A DNA stretch of 36,390 nt from a virus (lineage: Duplodnaviria; Caudoviricetes). The notes under the pieces are model-generated. The model made no database searches and had not been told where the DNA came from. It saw only the letters and a program-made list of their open reading frames with translations. The position numbers and the translations under genes are program-made. The stretch spans positions 1-36,390 of IMG/VR virus record IMGVR_UViG_3300010398_000021; one strand, written 5' to 3'. This document shows, one piece after another, positions 24,428 to 33,209 of this stretch. The number at the start of each line of letters is the position of its first letter. The stretch's first letter is position 1.

Positions 24428-24834
24428 TGCGCTGGCTATGGGCAATCGTGGTTGGGGCGGCACTTGCCGCCCTGACCGGGTCCTCGGCCATACCACAAGG
24501 CATTGGACCACAGCAGTTCTTTTGCAACAGGTCTGCCAACGGCGCTGGTGCCGTTGGCACGACGCAGATTGTAGCTCCAATCGCCACTCAGGCCGTGACG
24601 TTTTGCGGCTTTGAGGTAACGGCGGCGGCTGCGGCTACCTTCCAGATCATCACAGGCGCAGGTGCCACCTGTGGTACCAACACTCTGAACATAACGGCGG
24701 CATATGACCTCGGCGCGCTTAGCGGGCTCACCGGCACCAGCCGCCAAGTCTCTGGCGCACAGGGCGCAGGGATGTGCGTCATCGTTACTGGCACCGGCCC
24801 TGTTCACTATACGGTGTACTACGCGCAGCTATAG
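24427..24834 (+). CDS. Signal-peptide-bearing beta-rich protein, 4 Cys (paralog 1)
   Basis: True start ATG 24427 (TAATG): MRWLWAIVVGAALAALTGSSA-IPQG; aligns with 24844-25272. Confidence 0.75.
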   Translation: MRWLWAIVVGAALAALTGSSAIPQGIGPQQFFCNRSANGAGAVGTTQIVAPIATQAVTFCGFEVTAAAAATFQIITGAGATCGTNTLNITAAYDLGALSGLTGTSRQVSGAQGAGMCVIVTGTGPVHYTVYYAQL

Positions 24835-24843
24835 GAGGGCCTA

Positions 24844-25272
24844 ATGCGCAGGCTTTGGCTAGTAGTCGCTGCCCTTATCTGTTCGCTGGGGCCTGCCGTT
24901 CCGCAGGGGCAGGTTGGCCCGGCCAACATGATCTTGTGTAACCAAGTCGCCACTATGGCGGTTGGGCCCAGCACGATCCAGACACTCATTCCCGGCTCGG
25001 CACAGAAGACGATCAACCTGTGTGGTTGGCACGTCACCAACACCGCTGCCACTGGTACCTTCAGCATATCTTGGGGACAGCAGACCACGACCCCGTGCGA
25101 CACCAACACCAAGGTCCTTGTCCCGGCAATGAACGTCACCAACACGGCGCCGTCTGCTGACCACTCCGGTTATGCCTTCACCTCAACCCCGGCGGCTACG
25201 CCCGGCTACGCCATCTGCGTCACGCCTAGCGTCGCCACCATCGCAATAGTCCTATACTACAGCGTCATCTAG
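24844..25272 (+). CDS. Signal-peptide-bearing beta-rich protein, 4 mature Cys (paralog 2)
   Basis: AGGAGG SD; MRRLWLVVAALICSLGPA-VPQG; CN, CG, C.TNT, CV, YY conserved with paralog 1. Confidence 0.75.
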   Translation: MRRLWLVVAALICSLGPAVPQGQVGPANMILCNQVATMAVGPSTIQTLIPGSAQKTINLCGWHVTNTAATGTFSISWGQQTTTPCDTNTKVLVPAMNVTNTAPSADHSGYAFTSTPAATPGYAICVTPSVATIAIVLYYSVI

Positions 25273-25281
25273 GAGGGCCCA

Positions 25282-25800
25282 ATGGCCAGATGGAAGTTAA
25301 TTGAGGCCCACTACCTCAATGCGACCGGCAAGGATCAGAGTGAGTGGGAGTCAAAGGAAACCGACCGTACCTCCGGCCGCACGGCTCGGATCGTTTACAA
25401 GGTGCCCCGGCTGCTCGATCCTAAGGACCAAGCCGACTTCAATTACCGTGAAGATGGCATCATCGTTGTGTGCCATGAAGGTAAGGGCAAGCCGAGGGAC
25501 ATCGTTTTCGAGGGCGACCCTACGCCTGGGATGGAGCCGATGGACGACGAGGCCATGGCCATCACCGAAGCTCTTCGTCCCTCTTGGCATGACCCGATCA
25601 ACGAGTTCTCGGCGATGAGCCGTGATGAGCGGATGATGCTGAACCTGCAAGAGCAGATCGCCGACATTAAGCAGAACGGTATAGCAGGGCCGAAGATAGT
25701 ACAGGCAGGTGGCGTCAGCCGAGAAGAGTTCGAGGCGCTACAGGCCAAGTACGCGGAGTTACAGGCCCAGTTAGCTGAGAAGCCCACACGGAGGGTGTGA
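25282..25800 (+). CDS. Hypothetical protein (172 aa) with C-terminal coiled coil, ends PTRRV
   Basis: AGGAGG SD. Confidence 0.75.
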   Translation: MARWKLIEAHYLNATGKDQSEWESKETDRTSGRTARIVYKVPRLLDPKDQADFNYREDGIIVVCHEGKGKPRDIVFEGDPTPGMEPMDDEAMAITEALRPSWHDPINEFSAMSRDERMMLNLQEQIADIKQNGIAGPKIVQAGGVSREEFEALQAKYAELQAQLAEKPTRRV

Positions 25801-26150
25801 TGCCCCTAATTGCCGCCGTAGGAGGCCCACAGACAGTCGCGTCGGCGTCTGGTGGCAAAGTCAAAGGGTTCAACGCCATAGGTGCCACACCCATTGTCGT
25901 AGCACCTGCCAATGCGCAGCGGGTGCGGATCGTTTTCCATAACCCCGGCGCTGCTGCCACGCTCTACGTGGCCCCGATGGTCGACCGAGATGGGCTGCCA
26001 GTGGTGCCAACGCTTACTGCTTTAGGCGCAACCTTCGCCGTCTTTGGCGGCGCCTACGTTACGATCGAGGGTGAGTGCCAAGGTGCTTGGCAGTGCTTGG
26101 CCTCAAGCGGCGTCAACAACCCTCTAACGGTGATGGATAGCAATGTATAA
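25797..26150 (+). CDS. Beta-rich hypothetical protein (117 aa), possible structural protein
   Basis: GGAGG SD; ANAQRV.I.FHNPG...LYV pattern; no signal peptide. Confidence 0.7.
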   Translation: MMPLIAAVGGPQTVASASGGKVKGFNAIGATPIVVAPANAQRVRIVFHNPGAAATLYVAPMVDRDGLPVVPTLTALGATFAVFGGAYVTIEGECQGAWQCLASSGVNNPLTVMDSNV

Positions 26151-27798
26151 GCATCTGCTAATTATTGCCGTTCTGGCGGCAGCTGGATCGCTTGTACCCT
26201 CGTCTCCGGCTGCCGCTCAGGGTTGCGGCTCCAATAACCCCAACTGCATTGTGCCAATGGCACCGCCGGGCGACGCCTCTAACCGAGCGGCCAGCACATT
26301 GTGGGTGCAACAGAACGCTGCTGGTCCAGGGGCAGGCGTTAGTAGCTGGAACGGCCGGTCGGGTATAGTCGTTCCGGCTATTAACGACTACAACTTCACG
26401 CAGATAGGTCCCGGGCTGCTCGGCTTCAACCAGATGCCGACGGTTGCCGACAGCCAAGTCTATATGAACACCGGCGCCACGGTGGCTGGCGTCACAATCC
26501 CTAACTGCACCGGCGGCCAGCAGAGCCTGCTCTACACCGCCTCGTCGCACACCTTCAGCTGCAACACCGTCAACCCAATCGTCAACAGCGTGTTCGGCCG
26601 GACGGGCGTCGTCACCTCGGCCAACGGCGACTACTCCTTCGGCCAAATCTCCGGCCAGACCAGCTTCGCCCAGCTGCCAGTGGCGGGCATCAACTCCGTC
26701 TACGGCAACATCAGCACGCCAAGCGCCTTGGCAATGCCAGCGTGCAACAACCCGAACCAAGCTCTCCAATGGGTTCCCAACGGCGGCTTTAGCTGCCTCG
26801 TTATATCCGGTGGTGGAGGCGGTGGTGGTCTCCCCACGATCAACGCCGACAGCGCCCTCGGCAACCCATCTGGCTCTGCCACCAACCTCCTGACCGGCAT
26901 GGCCCTACCAGCCTGTACAGGCAGCACCAGCGCCCTACAATACTCCACTGGGACCCACGCGTTCAGCTGCGGCACAATCACTGCCACGTCGCCGGTGACG
27001 AGCGTCTTCGGTCGCACTGGTGCCGTCGTCCAGGTGAGCGGTGACTATACCTTTTCCCAGATCGGCGGCACAGCCACCCTAACCCAGCTACCGACAGCTA
27101 CAGCCAACTCTCTGCTTGGTGGCCTGACGGCCACTGCCCCAAGCTACTTGGCTGTGCCGTCATGTAGCACTGCCAACCAAGCCCTTCAGTGGACCAGCGG
27201 CACCGGCTTCAGCTGCGTCACGATCACGGCTGGCACAGGCACGGTTACCTCGTTCTCGTCCGGTAACCTAGCGCCACTGTTCACCACGGCGGTTACCAGC
27301 CCGACGGTTTCACCGGCTCAGACGTTTACCCTCTCTGCTGCTGCGGCCAATACGGTGTTCTCGAACTGGACCAACAGCAGCGTAGCCCTTCCACAGTTCA
27401 ACACCTATCCGACCTGCAATGGCGCCAACCAAGTCCTCAACTACTCGCCGGGCACTGGGCTCACCTGCGTCACCCTTCCAGCACCACCGGCGAACCCGTT
27501 GATAGCATCCGGCACCGTGGCACTAGCCACAGCGGCTATTGCCTCAGGCGCATGCGCCACAGCAGTGACGGGCACAGCTACAGCCGGTAACGCCGCCAAC
27601 ATCCTCACCACAGACATCGTCACCACCTCCTTCAATGGAGATCCCACTGGCGTCGTCGGCTACCAACCGCTCACCACTGGTATGCTCACCATTATCCCTT
27701 ACCCAACGGCTGGTGCAGCTAACTTCAAGGTCTGCAACATCACTAACGCGTCAATAACTCCGGGAGCGATAACGTTGAACTGGCGAGTAGCCCGATGA
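26143..27798 (+). CDS. Fibre-like repeat protein with signal peptide and paired cysteines
   Basis: MYKHLLIIAVLAAAGSLVPSSPAAA-QG; PMAPPGDASNRAASTLWVQ fibre motif; three VxSxxGRxGxV repeats; five P-x-C...L-x-[WY]...C repeats; 14 Cys. Confidence 0.8.
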   Translation: MYKHLLIIAVLAAAGSLVPSSPAAAQGCGSNNPNCIVPMAPPGDASNRAASTLWVQQNAAGPGAGVSSWNGRSGIVVPAINDYNFTQIGPGLLGFNQMPTVADSQVYMNTGATVAGVTIPNCTGGQQSLLYTASSHTFSCNTVNPIVNSVFGRTGVVTSANGDYSFGQISGQTSFAQLPVAGINSVYGNISTPSALAMPACNNPNQALQWVPNGGFSCLVISGGGGGGGLPTINADSALGNPSGSATNLLTGMALPACTGSTSALQYSTGTHAFSCGTITATSPVTSVFGRTGAVVQVSGDYTFSQIGGTATLTQLPTATANSLLGGLTATAPSYLAVPSCSTANQALQWTSGTGFSCVTITAGTGTVTSFSSGNLAPLFTTAVTSPTVSPAQTFTLSAAAANTVFSNWTNSSVALPQFNTYPTCNGANQVLNYSPGTGLTCVTLPAPPANPLIASGTVALATAAIASGACATAVTGTATAGNAANILTTDIVTTSFNGDPTGVVGYQPLTTGMLTIIPYPTAGAANFKVCNITNASITPGAITLNWRVAR

Positions 27799-30044
27799 GG
27801 TTGGCAATGGTCTTTCTGGCGTACTGCTTTGCAGTAGCGCTCGCTCAGGCGCAGGTCGGCCCTATGTTTCCAGGGCCGGGACCAGCGTCCTTCGGCGCGC
27901 CGCCACCATCGTGCACATCTATTGGGACGGCGGGCGCCAATGCCCAAACCGCTACGTCGGTGCTGACTACCACTGGCGCCGTTCCGGCTGGTGCCGCCAT
28001 CGTTGTTGCCAGCACTACTTCGGGCGATGTCTTCACTAATCAAGGCGGCAACATATCTGGCATCACCGATAGCGCAGGTAACGTATACACAAACGTAAGG
28101 GTTTGGCTCCCTGGTGCAGTGTTCAACGGCGCCGTCGTCGAGCTATGGGTTACGGGTAATGCTAAGGCGATAGCCACCGGTGGTACAATTACAGTCAGCT
28201 ACACCGCTTCGTTATCTACTCGCCCGTTTGTGTGGAGTGCGGTTGCCGTCAATAACATTAGTGGGCTGGATGTAAGCAATATCACCACCGGGATAACAAC
28301 GACTACGCCAACGGTGAGCGTGACGCCAACCCAAAGCCCCGGCCTTGCCATCGGGTTCGTGGGCGGGAATAGCACGTCCGCCCCAACGATTACAGAGGCG
28401 AGCGGCTGGGCGAACTCCGCGCGTAGTACGGCCTTCAATCAAGCTGGCGTTTTCCAGAGCCTCAACGTGGCGTGTAAACAGTTTCCAACGGCTGTTGCAC
28501 AAACCTACAACCCAACCTACAGCGCGGCATTCAATAATGCCGCTGACATCATAGTAACATTCCCGGCTGTACAGCCGGTTGGATCCTGTATCCCCAACAC
28601 AGCAAGCAACACAGTCGGCAACGTCAACAACACCTCTATTATGCCAGCTACCGACGTCGATGTGCTGGCGCTACAGCACTTCGACAACAACGGCACTGAC
28701 ACTAGCATCTGGAACCGGACAGGGACGCTGACTGGCACCGCATCGTTCTCTAGTGTGCAGAGCAAGTTCGGTGGGTTCTCTCTATTAAATCCCACTGGAG
28801 TGGCGACCGCCTATCTGCTGCCGCTTAACCAGTGGTACGAAACGTCTTTTCAGGACTGGACGATTGAGTGGTGGTACTTTGCCAACAATACCACTCAGAC
28901 CGGCTTCAACTTCTTCACCGACAACAACCAAACCCAGTTCGGGCTGGACAACGTAACCAACGGCTACTTTGTAAACCTAGCTGCGACCAACCCATGGGCC
29001 TACACGGCACCCATTCCATTGACTACTGGCTGGCATCATGTGGTCTGGCAGCGCAGGTACGACACAACAAATGGCGGCGCTGGTGCTGGCTGGAACTGGT
29101 ACTTCTGGCTTGACGGTCAAGCTAGACCTGTCACAAATACGACACCTCAGGGTGCCGGTGGTCCTGCCATTGGGATGGTTGGCGGCTTCACTGGGGGACC
29201 GACCACAAACGCCTTCCGATATAATGCCGGTTTCAATGGCTACATAGATGAGCTACGCATCTCTCAAGTGGCCCGATACGGCGGCAGCCCATTCTTCACC
29301 CCGCCGACTGTGCCATTCTGTGACCCACAATCTGGCACCACGGCTGGAGCACTGCTTGGCTTTTCTGCGCACCAAAATAATCAATTCACCCCACCATCAC
29401 CGCAGCCACCATCCATTACCACTTTTAGGGCTGCACCAGCCGGATCGACGATCGTCATAACTATAGGTGGGCAGACAGCTTCTGGTTCACCTATTACGGC
29501 TATGACTGATAGCGCTGGTAATACTTATACAAGGGCAAGGCTATCGAGTAGTGGGTTGGTAGTGCTCGACCAGTGGTACGCCAAGAACGTGACCGCTTTG
29601 CCTGCCGGTGGTACGATCTCGTTCACTGGGACTGGCACGGTCATATCGTTTGACGCCGCTGCAATCTTTCTCACCGGCATGAACGCTACGACGCCGCTCG
29701 ACGTGCAGAACAGTGTAGCTACCAGCGGTGTAAGCCCAACGATCAGCACCACGACAACCCGCGCCAACGAGGTAATGGTCGGTGCATGGTCAGGCTACAC
29801 TTGGCAATGTAACGCCGCTAACCCGCCAGTGAGGCCGATGGGCGCTGTTGAGGCTCCCGGCTGGCAACCTTGGCTGATCAGATACATTACGGACGTCCAG
29901 ACCTGCCAACAGGTAACGACCTACATATCGCTTAAATCGGCACCGACGGCTGGCTCTCAGACCTTCAATCCTACTATCATCGACAATGGCAATGCCAGCA
30001 TTCAGAACAATGGCCACTTGTCCATATTGGGGTTTGGGCCATGA
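27795..30044 (+). CDS. Signal-peptide-bearing adhesin-like protein with LamG/ConA-like domain flanked by a duplicated domain
   Basis: MRLAMVFLAYCFAVALAQA-QV; LQHFD, SKFGG.SL, DWTIEWW, GWHHVVWQR, FWLDGQ, FNGYIDELRIS; two TDSAGN.YT-containing domains. Confidence 0.8.
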   Translation: MRLAMVFLAYCFAVALAQAQVGPMFPGPGPASFGAPPPSCTSIGTAGANAQTATSVLTTTGAVPAGAAIVVASTTSGDVFTNQGGNISGITDSAGNVYTNVRVWLPGAVFNGAVVELWVTGNAKAIATGGTITVSYTASLSTRPFVWSAVAVNNISGLDVSNITTGITTTTPTVSVTPTQSPGLAIGFVGGNSTSAPTITEASGWANSARSTAFNQAGVFQSLNVACKQFPTAVAQTYNPTYSAAFNNAADIIVTFPAVQPVGSCIPNTASNTVGNVNNTSIMPATDVDVLALQHFDNNGTDTSIWNRTGTLTGTASFSSVQSKFGGFSLLNPTGVATAYLLPLNQWYETSFQDWTIEWWYFANNTTQTGFNFFTDNNQTQFGLDNVTNGYFVNLAATNPWAYTAPIPLTTGWHHVVWQRRYDTTNGGAGAGWNWYFWLDGQARPVTNTTPQGAGGPAIGMVGGFTGGPTTNAFRYNAGFNGYIDELRISQVARYGGSPFFTPPTVPFCDPQSGTTAGALLGFSAHQNNQFTPPSPQPPSITTFRAAPAGSTIVITIGGQTASGSPITAMTDSAGNTYTRARLSSSGLVVLDQWYAKNVTALPAGGTISFTGTGTVISFDAAAIFLTGMNATTPLDVQNSVATSGVSPTISTTTTRANEVMVGAWSGYTWQCNAANPPVRPMGAVEAPGWQPWLIRYITDVQTCQQVTTYISLKSAPTAGSQTFNPTIIDNGNASIQNNGHLSILGFGP

Positions 30045-30376
30045 GGCGGTGGCAATGGCTTATAGCTGCGTTCGCTCTGGTGGCGCTGCTGCTTATTGCT
30101 TGGGCCTTCCACGTCGAGGCACAGCCCAAGCCACTGTTGGAACCAATCTCGCCGCTGTATGAGGAGCACATAATAGAACTTGATCGGCAGGCAATGGACG
30201 CTGCCTACGAAGATAGGCTCCAGCATCTATTCGCGGTGTGGACAGTGGACGATACTGACCAGCCCCAACGAGTCGTCGCTGGCGCCAACAAAGCGCGCCG
30301 GGCTTATATTGCGGCTATGGTGGCAATAGACAAGAGGGCACGGGAACTAAAGGAGCTACAGCAAAAGGGGAAGTGA
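30041..30376 (+). CDS. Exported or membrane-anchored helical protein (111 aa)
   Basis: MRRWQWLIAAFALVALLLIAWAFHVEA-Q; directly upstream of endolysin. Confidence 0.7.
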   Translation: MRRWQWLIAAFALVALLLIAWAFHVEAQPKPLLEPISPLYEEHIIELDRQAMDAAYEDRLQHLFAVWTVDDTDQPQRVVAGANKARRAYIAAMVAIDKRARELKELQQKGK

Positions 30377-31191
30377 GCATGGCACAACCTGTTAACCCAA
30401 TGGTTATTGATCTGTCGCACTGGGACCCCGCTGACGACTACAGCGCCGTTATGGATGATGGTATTCACGGCGTCATCTACAAGGCTACGCAGGGCACCAG
30501 CTACACCGACGATACCTACGTCTCTCAGCGCTCTGCTGCTAGAGCCGCTGGGCTGAAGTGGGGGGCATACCACTTCGCCGATAGCTCTAGTACACAGGGC
30601 CAAATCGACAACTTCATGAGGTTCGCCGCGCCAGACCCCGATGAGTTGTTCTGCCTCGATTGGGAGGACAACGGCGGCGCCAAGATGAGCCGTTCACAGG
30701 CCGAGCAGTGGATACAAGGCGTGGAAGATCGCCTTGGCCGCCCGAACCAATGCGTAGTCTATGGCGGCAACACCATCAAGGAAGCAATCCCCAACTCGCC
30801 AAATGAGTTCTGGTCAGCGCGGCGCTTGTGGCTCTGTCAGTACAGTGACTCTGCGTCGTGGCCGACAGAGGTTTGGCCGGTCTATTGGCTCTGGCAATTC
30901 ACCGATGGCCAGTATGGGCCGGGTCCACATTCAATCAGTGGCGTTGGCCACTGCGACATTAACAGCTACCGGAACGGCCCGCCAGAGCAGCTAGAGGCAG
31001 AGTGGGCAACTGGTCAGTCCGAGCCGACGCCGCCAGAACCAACCCCGACGCCGGATGCTGGTGAGGTCTCGGTGGTGGTAGCGACCACGCCGGGAGTCAT
31101 TGTCAAGGTCAGGCAAGTAGTGTGGACGCCACAGCAGGCGATGATGACCCGGGAAGTCTTTAAGAAGATGCGTGAGAAGGAGGCCAAATGA
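30373..31191 (+). CDS. Endolysin, glycoside hydrolase family 25 muramidase
   Basis: VIDLSHWD, YKATQG, GAYHF, LDWED, VVYGG, LWQFTD, CDINSY; Pro-rich linker. Confidence 0.92.
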   Translation: MSMAQPVNPMVIDLSHWDPADDYSAVMDDGIHGVIYKATQGTSYTDDTYVSQRSAARAAGLKWGAYHFADSSSTQGQIDNFMRFAAPDPDELFCLDWEDNGGAKMSRSQAEQWIQGVEDRLGRPNQCVVYGGNTIKEAIPNSPNEFWSARRLWLCQYSDSASWPTEVWPVYWLWQFTDGQYGPGPHSISGVGHCDINSYRNGPPEQLEAEWATGQSEPTPPEPTPTPDAGEVSVVVATTPGVIVKVRQVVWTPQQAMMTREVFKKMREKEAK

Positions 31192-32432
31192 AAATAGTCA
31201 TTAGCTCTGGCCACGGACAGCTTATCCGTGGAGCTTCGTCCAGCCCTCGGCCACCTTATCTTGACGAAGTTGATGAGGCTAGGAAGGTGGTTAACCGAGT
31301 AGCGGAGCTTTGGAAGCAATCCGGCGTTGGCGTAGACGTGTTCCATGATAACACGTCTACGTCACAAAACCAGAACCTCAACACGATCGTCAACTACCAC
31401 AACTCGCGCACGCGCGACCGAGATGTGTCTGTGCACTTCAACGCCTATCAGAAGTACACGGCCGCACAGAAGCCCAATGGTATGGGTACGGAGTGCTTAT
31501 ATGTTACCCAGTCTGCCCTTGCTACTACTGTGGCTGGTGCAATGGCCAGCGCTGGCACCTTCATCAACCGAGGGCCGAAGTATCGTAGCGACCTCTTCTT
31601 CCTCAACAACACCCGGATGCCAGCCATACTCCTTGAGGTGTGCTTCGTGGATGCTGAGGTCGACGGCAACAAGTACCGGCAGAACTTTGAGCGACTGTGC
31701 GTTGCCATTGCGGAATCTGTCAGCGGAGTGAAGGTGCAAGGTCCGCCGGTTGAGCCAGAAGAACCGCCGGTCGAGCCACCTGTCGAGCCGCCCACTGAGC
31801 CTACCGGCAACAACCACCTCGACATGACCGTCAGAGGCGAAGGCAACTTCACCGTCCTCTTCAACGGGGAGCCCATCACCGTTGGCGATGGCTCTACCAG
31901 CAACCAAGTAGCCGCCGCGCTATCGTTTACTGGCGACGTCAACATCACTATCAACGGACAGGACTTCCAGAACTTCCAGCCGACGGAGCCCTCTGGCCCA
32001 CAGGCTAACCACACCAACATCACCGCCACAGTATTTGGAGGATCAAGTGATCCCAATAACTCTGCCTATCCACCTTATGATGCGTTGGGGGACACGGAGT
32101 TGTACCTCGCCCTGCCCGTCAACGTCCCCGACGCAGCCGTCCGTAACCGTGGTGTCCGCGTGTATAACAGAGCGACAGGCCAAAGCGCTGTCGGCAAGAT
32201 TCGGGATAAAGGACCCTGGCTGGTTGATGACGAGGCTTACTGCAATGGAACCGCCACGGCCATCGCCGTTACCTGCTACCAGAACCAAACGCCACTCCCA
32301 CGAGGCCCCAATGCCGGTCGAGTGCCGAGCAACGACGCTGCCATTGATCTATCCCCCGCACTATCAAGAGCTATCGGAATATCTGGAAAAGGCAAGGTAG
32401 ATTGGGAGTGGGTTGAGCCAGAGGTAGCATGA
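31188..32432 (+). CDS. N-acetylmuramoyl-L-alanine amidase (Amidase_3) with C-terminal RlpA/DPBB-like domain
   Basis: ISSGHG, DEVDEA, SVHFNA, AILLEVCFVD; PPVE linker repeats; VRVYN..TG...IRDKGPW and AIDLSPAL..AIG. Confidence 0.88.
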   Translation: MKIVISSGHGQLIRGASSSPRPPYLDEVDEARKVVNRVAELWKQSGVGVDVFHDNTSTSQNQNLNTIVNYHNSRTRDRDVSVHFNAYQKYTAAQKPNGMGTECLYVTQSALATTVAGAMASAGTFINRGPKYRSDLFFLNNTRMPAILLEVCFVDAEVDGNKYRQNFERLCVAIAESVSGVKVQGPPVEPEEPPVEPPVEPPTEPTGNNHLDMTVRGEGNFTVLFNGEPITVGDGSTSNQVAAALSFTGDVNITINGQDFQNFQPTEPSGPQANHTNITATVFGGSSDPNNSAYPPYDALGDTELYLALPVNVPDAAVRNRGVRVYNRATGQSAVGKIRDKGPWLVDDEAYCNGTATAIAVTCYQNQTPLPRGPNAGRVPSNDAAIDLSPALSRAIGISGKGKVDWEWVEPEVA

Positions 32433-32641
32433 CTGTTACGGGCACCATCAATGCGGCCGTCGATGCACTTAGGCATCAGCCGATGATGCTGTTCGTGATC
32501 GTCCTCAATGTCATCATCATCGGGGCGATCTTCTACACCAACAGGGAGTCACAACAGGCTGACCATGCACTAATCTCTAAACTCTATGAGCAGCACGCCG
32601 AACTATCTAAGCTGCTCTACAACTGCACGCCAACAAAATGA
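32429..32641 (+). CDS. Small single-TM protein, holin/antiholin candidate
   Basis: TM MMLFVIVLNVIIIGAIFY after endolysins; GAGGT SD. Confidence 0.55.
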   Translation: MTVTGTINAAVDALRHQPMMLFVIVLNVIIIGAIFYTNRESQQADHALISKLYEQHAELSKLLYNCTPTK

Positions 32642-32964
32642 ACCTCAATGACTTCATACGCAAGTTACAGCAGGACGTCAAAGCTGAGCTTGGCAGGCAG
32701 GTCGGCGTGGTGCAGCAGAAGGTCGAGGTCAAGGTCATTGAGGCAGTTAAGAAGGTACCAGACGTTGTTGGGGTTCTTGTATCGAAGGAGAGTCCAGTGG
32801 GCGCGTTTAACAAGGCTATAGTAGCGCTGGTTATGTCGGCGCTTATCATCATCGAGACGCTAACAGGCTTCAACATAGGGCTTACCGAGGGCACGCTAGT
32901 TACCATCCTCGGCGTCCTGACACCCATCTTAGTGTGGTTGATACCGAACTATCCTAAGGACTAG
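32638..32964 (+). CDS. Two-TM protein, holin candidate
   Basis: KAIVALVMSALIII...LVTILGVLTPILVWLIPN. Confidence 0.65.
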   Translation: MNLNDFIRKLQQDVKAELGRQVGVVQQKVEVKVIEAVKKVPDVVGVLVSKESPVGAFNKAIVALVMSALIIIETLTGFNIGLTEGTLVTILGVLTPILVWLIPNYPKD

Positions 32965-32966
32965 AG

Positions 32967-33206
32967 ATGGCGCGGTTCACCCCGCGCGAACAGGACGTGC
33001 TGAAGGCGTTAGAGAGCGGAGTAAGCAATACCAAGGAGATAGGGCTCAGGTTGGGGATCAGAGAAGGAACCGTAAAGGTCCACCTAGGGAACATGTATAA
33101 GAAAGAGAACGTTCACAGCCGCACGTCTCTGCTGGCTAAGCTACTCCGCGAAGAGCGGAGAGAGGAATTGCCTGTGCAGTACAGCTTCCAATGGCGCAAG
33201 GGCTAG
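32967..33206 (+). CDS. Stand-alone LuxR/GerE-type HTH regulator
   Basis: FTPREQDVL..L..G.SNTKEIG.RLGI.EGTVKVHL.NMYKK..V.SRT.L. Confidence 0.88.
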   Translation: MARFTPREQDVLKALESGVSNTKEIGLRLGIREGTVKVHLGNMYKKENVHSRTSLLAKLLREERREELPVQYSFQWRKG

Positions 33207-33209
33207 GCC

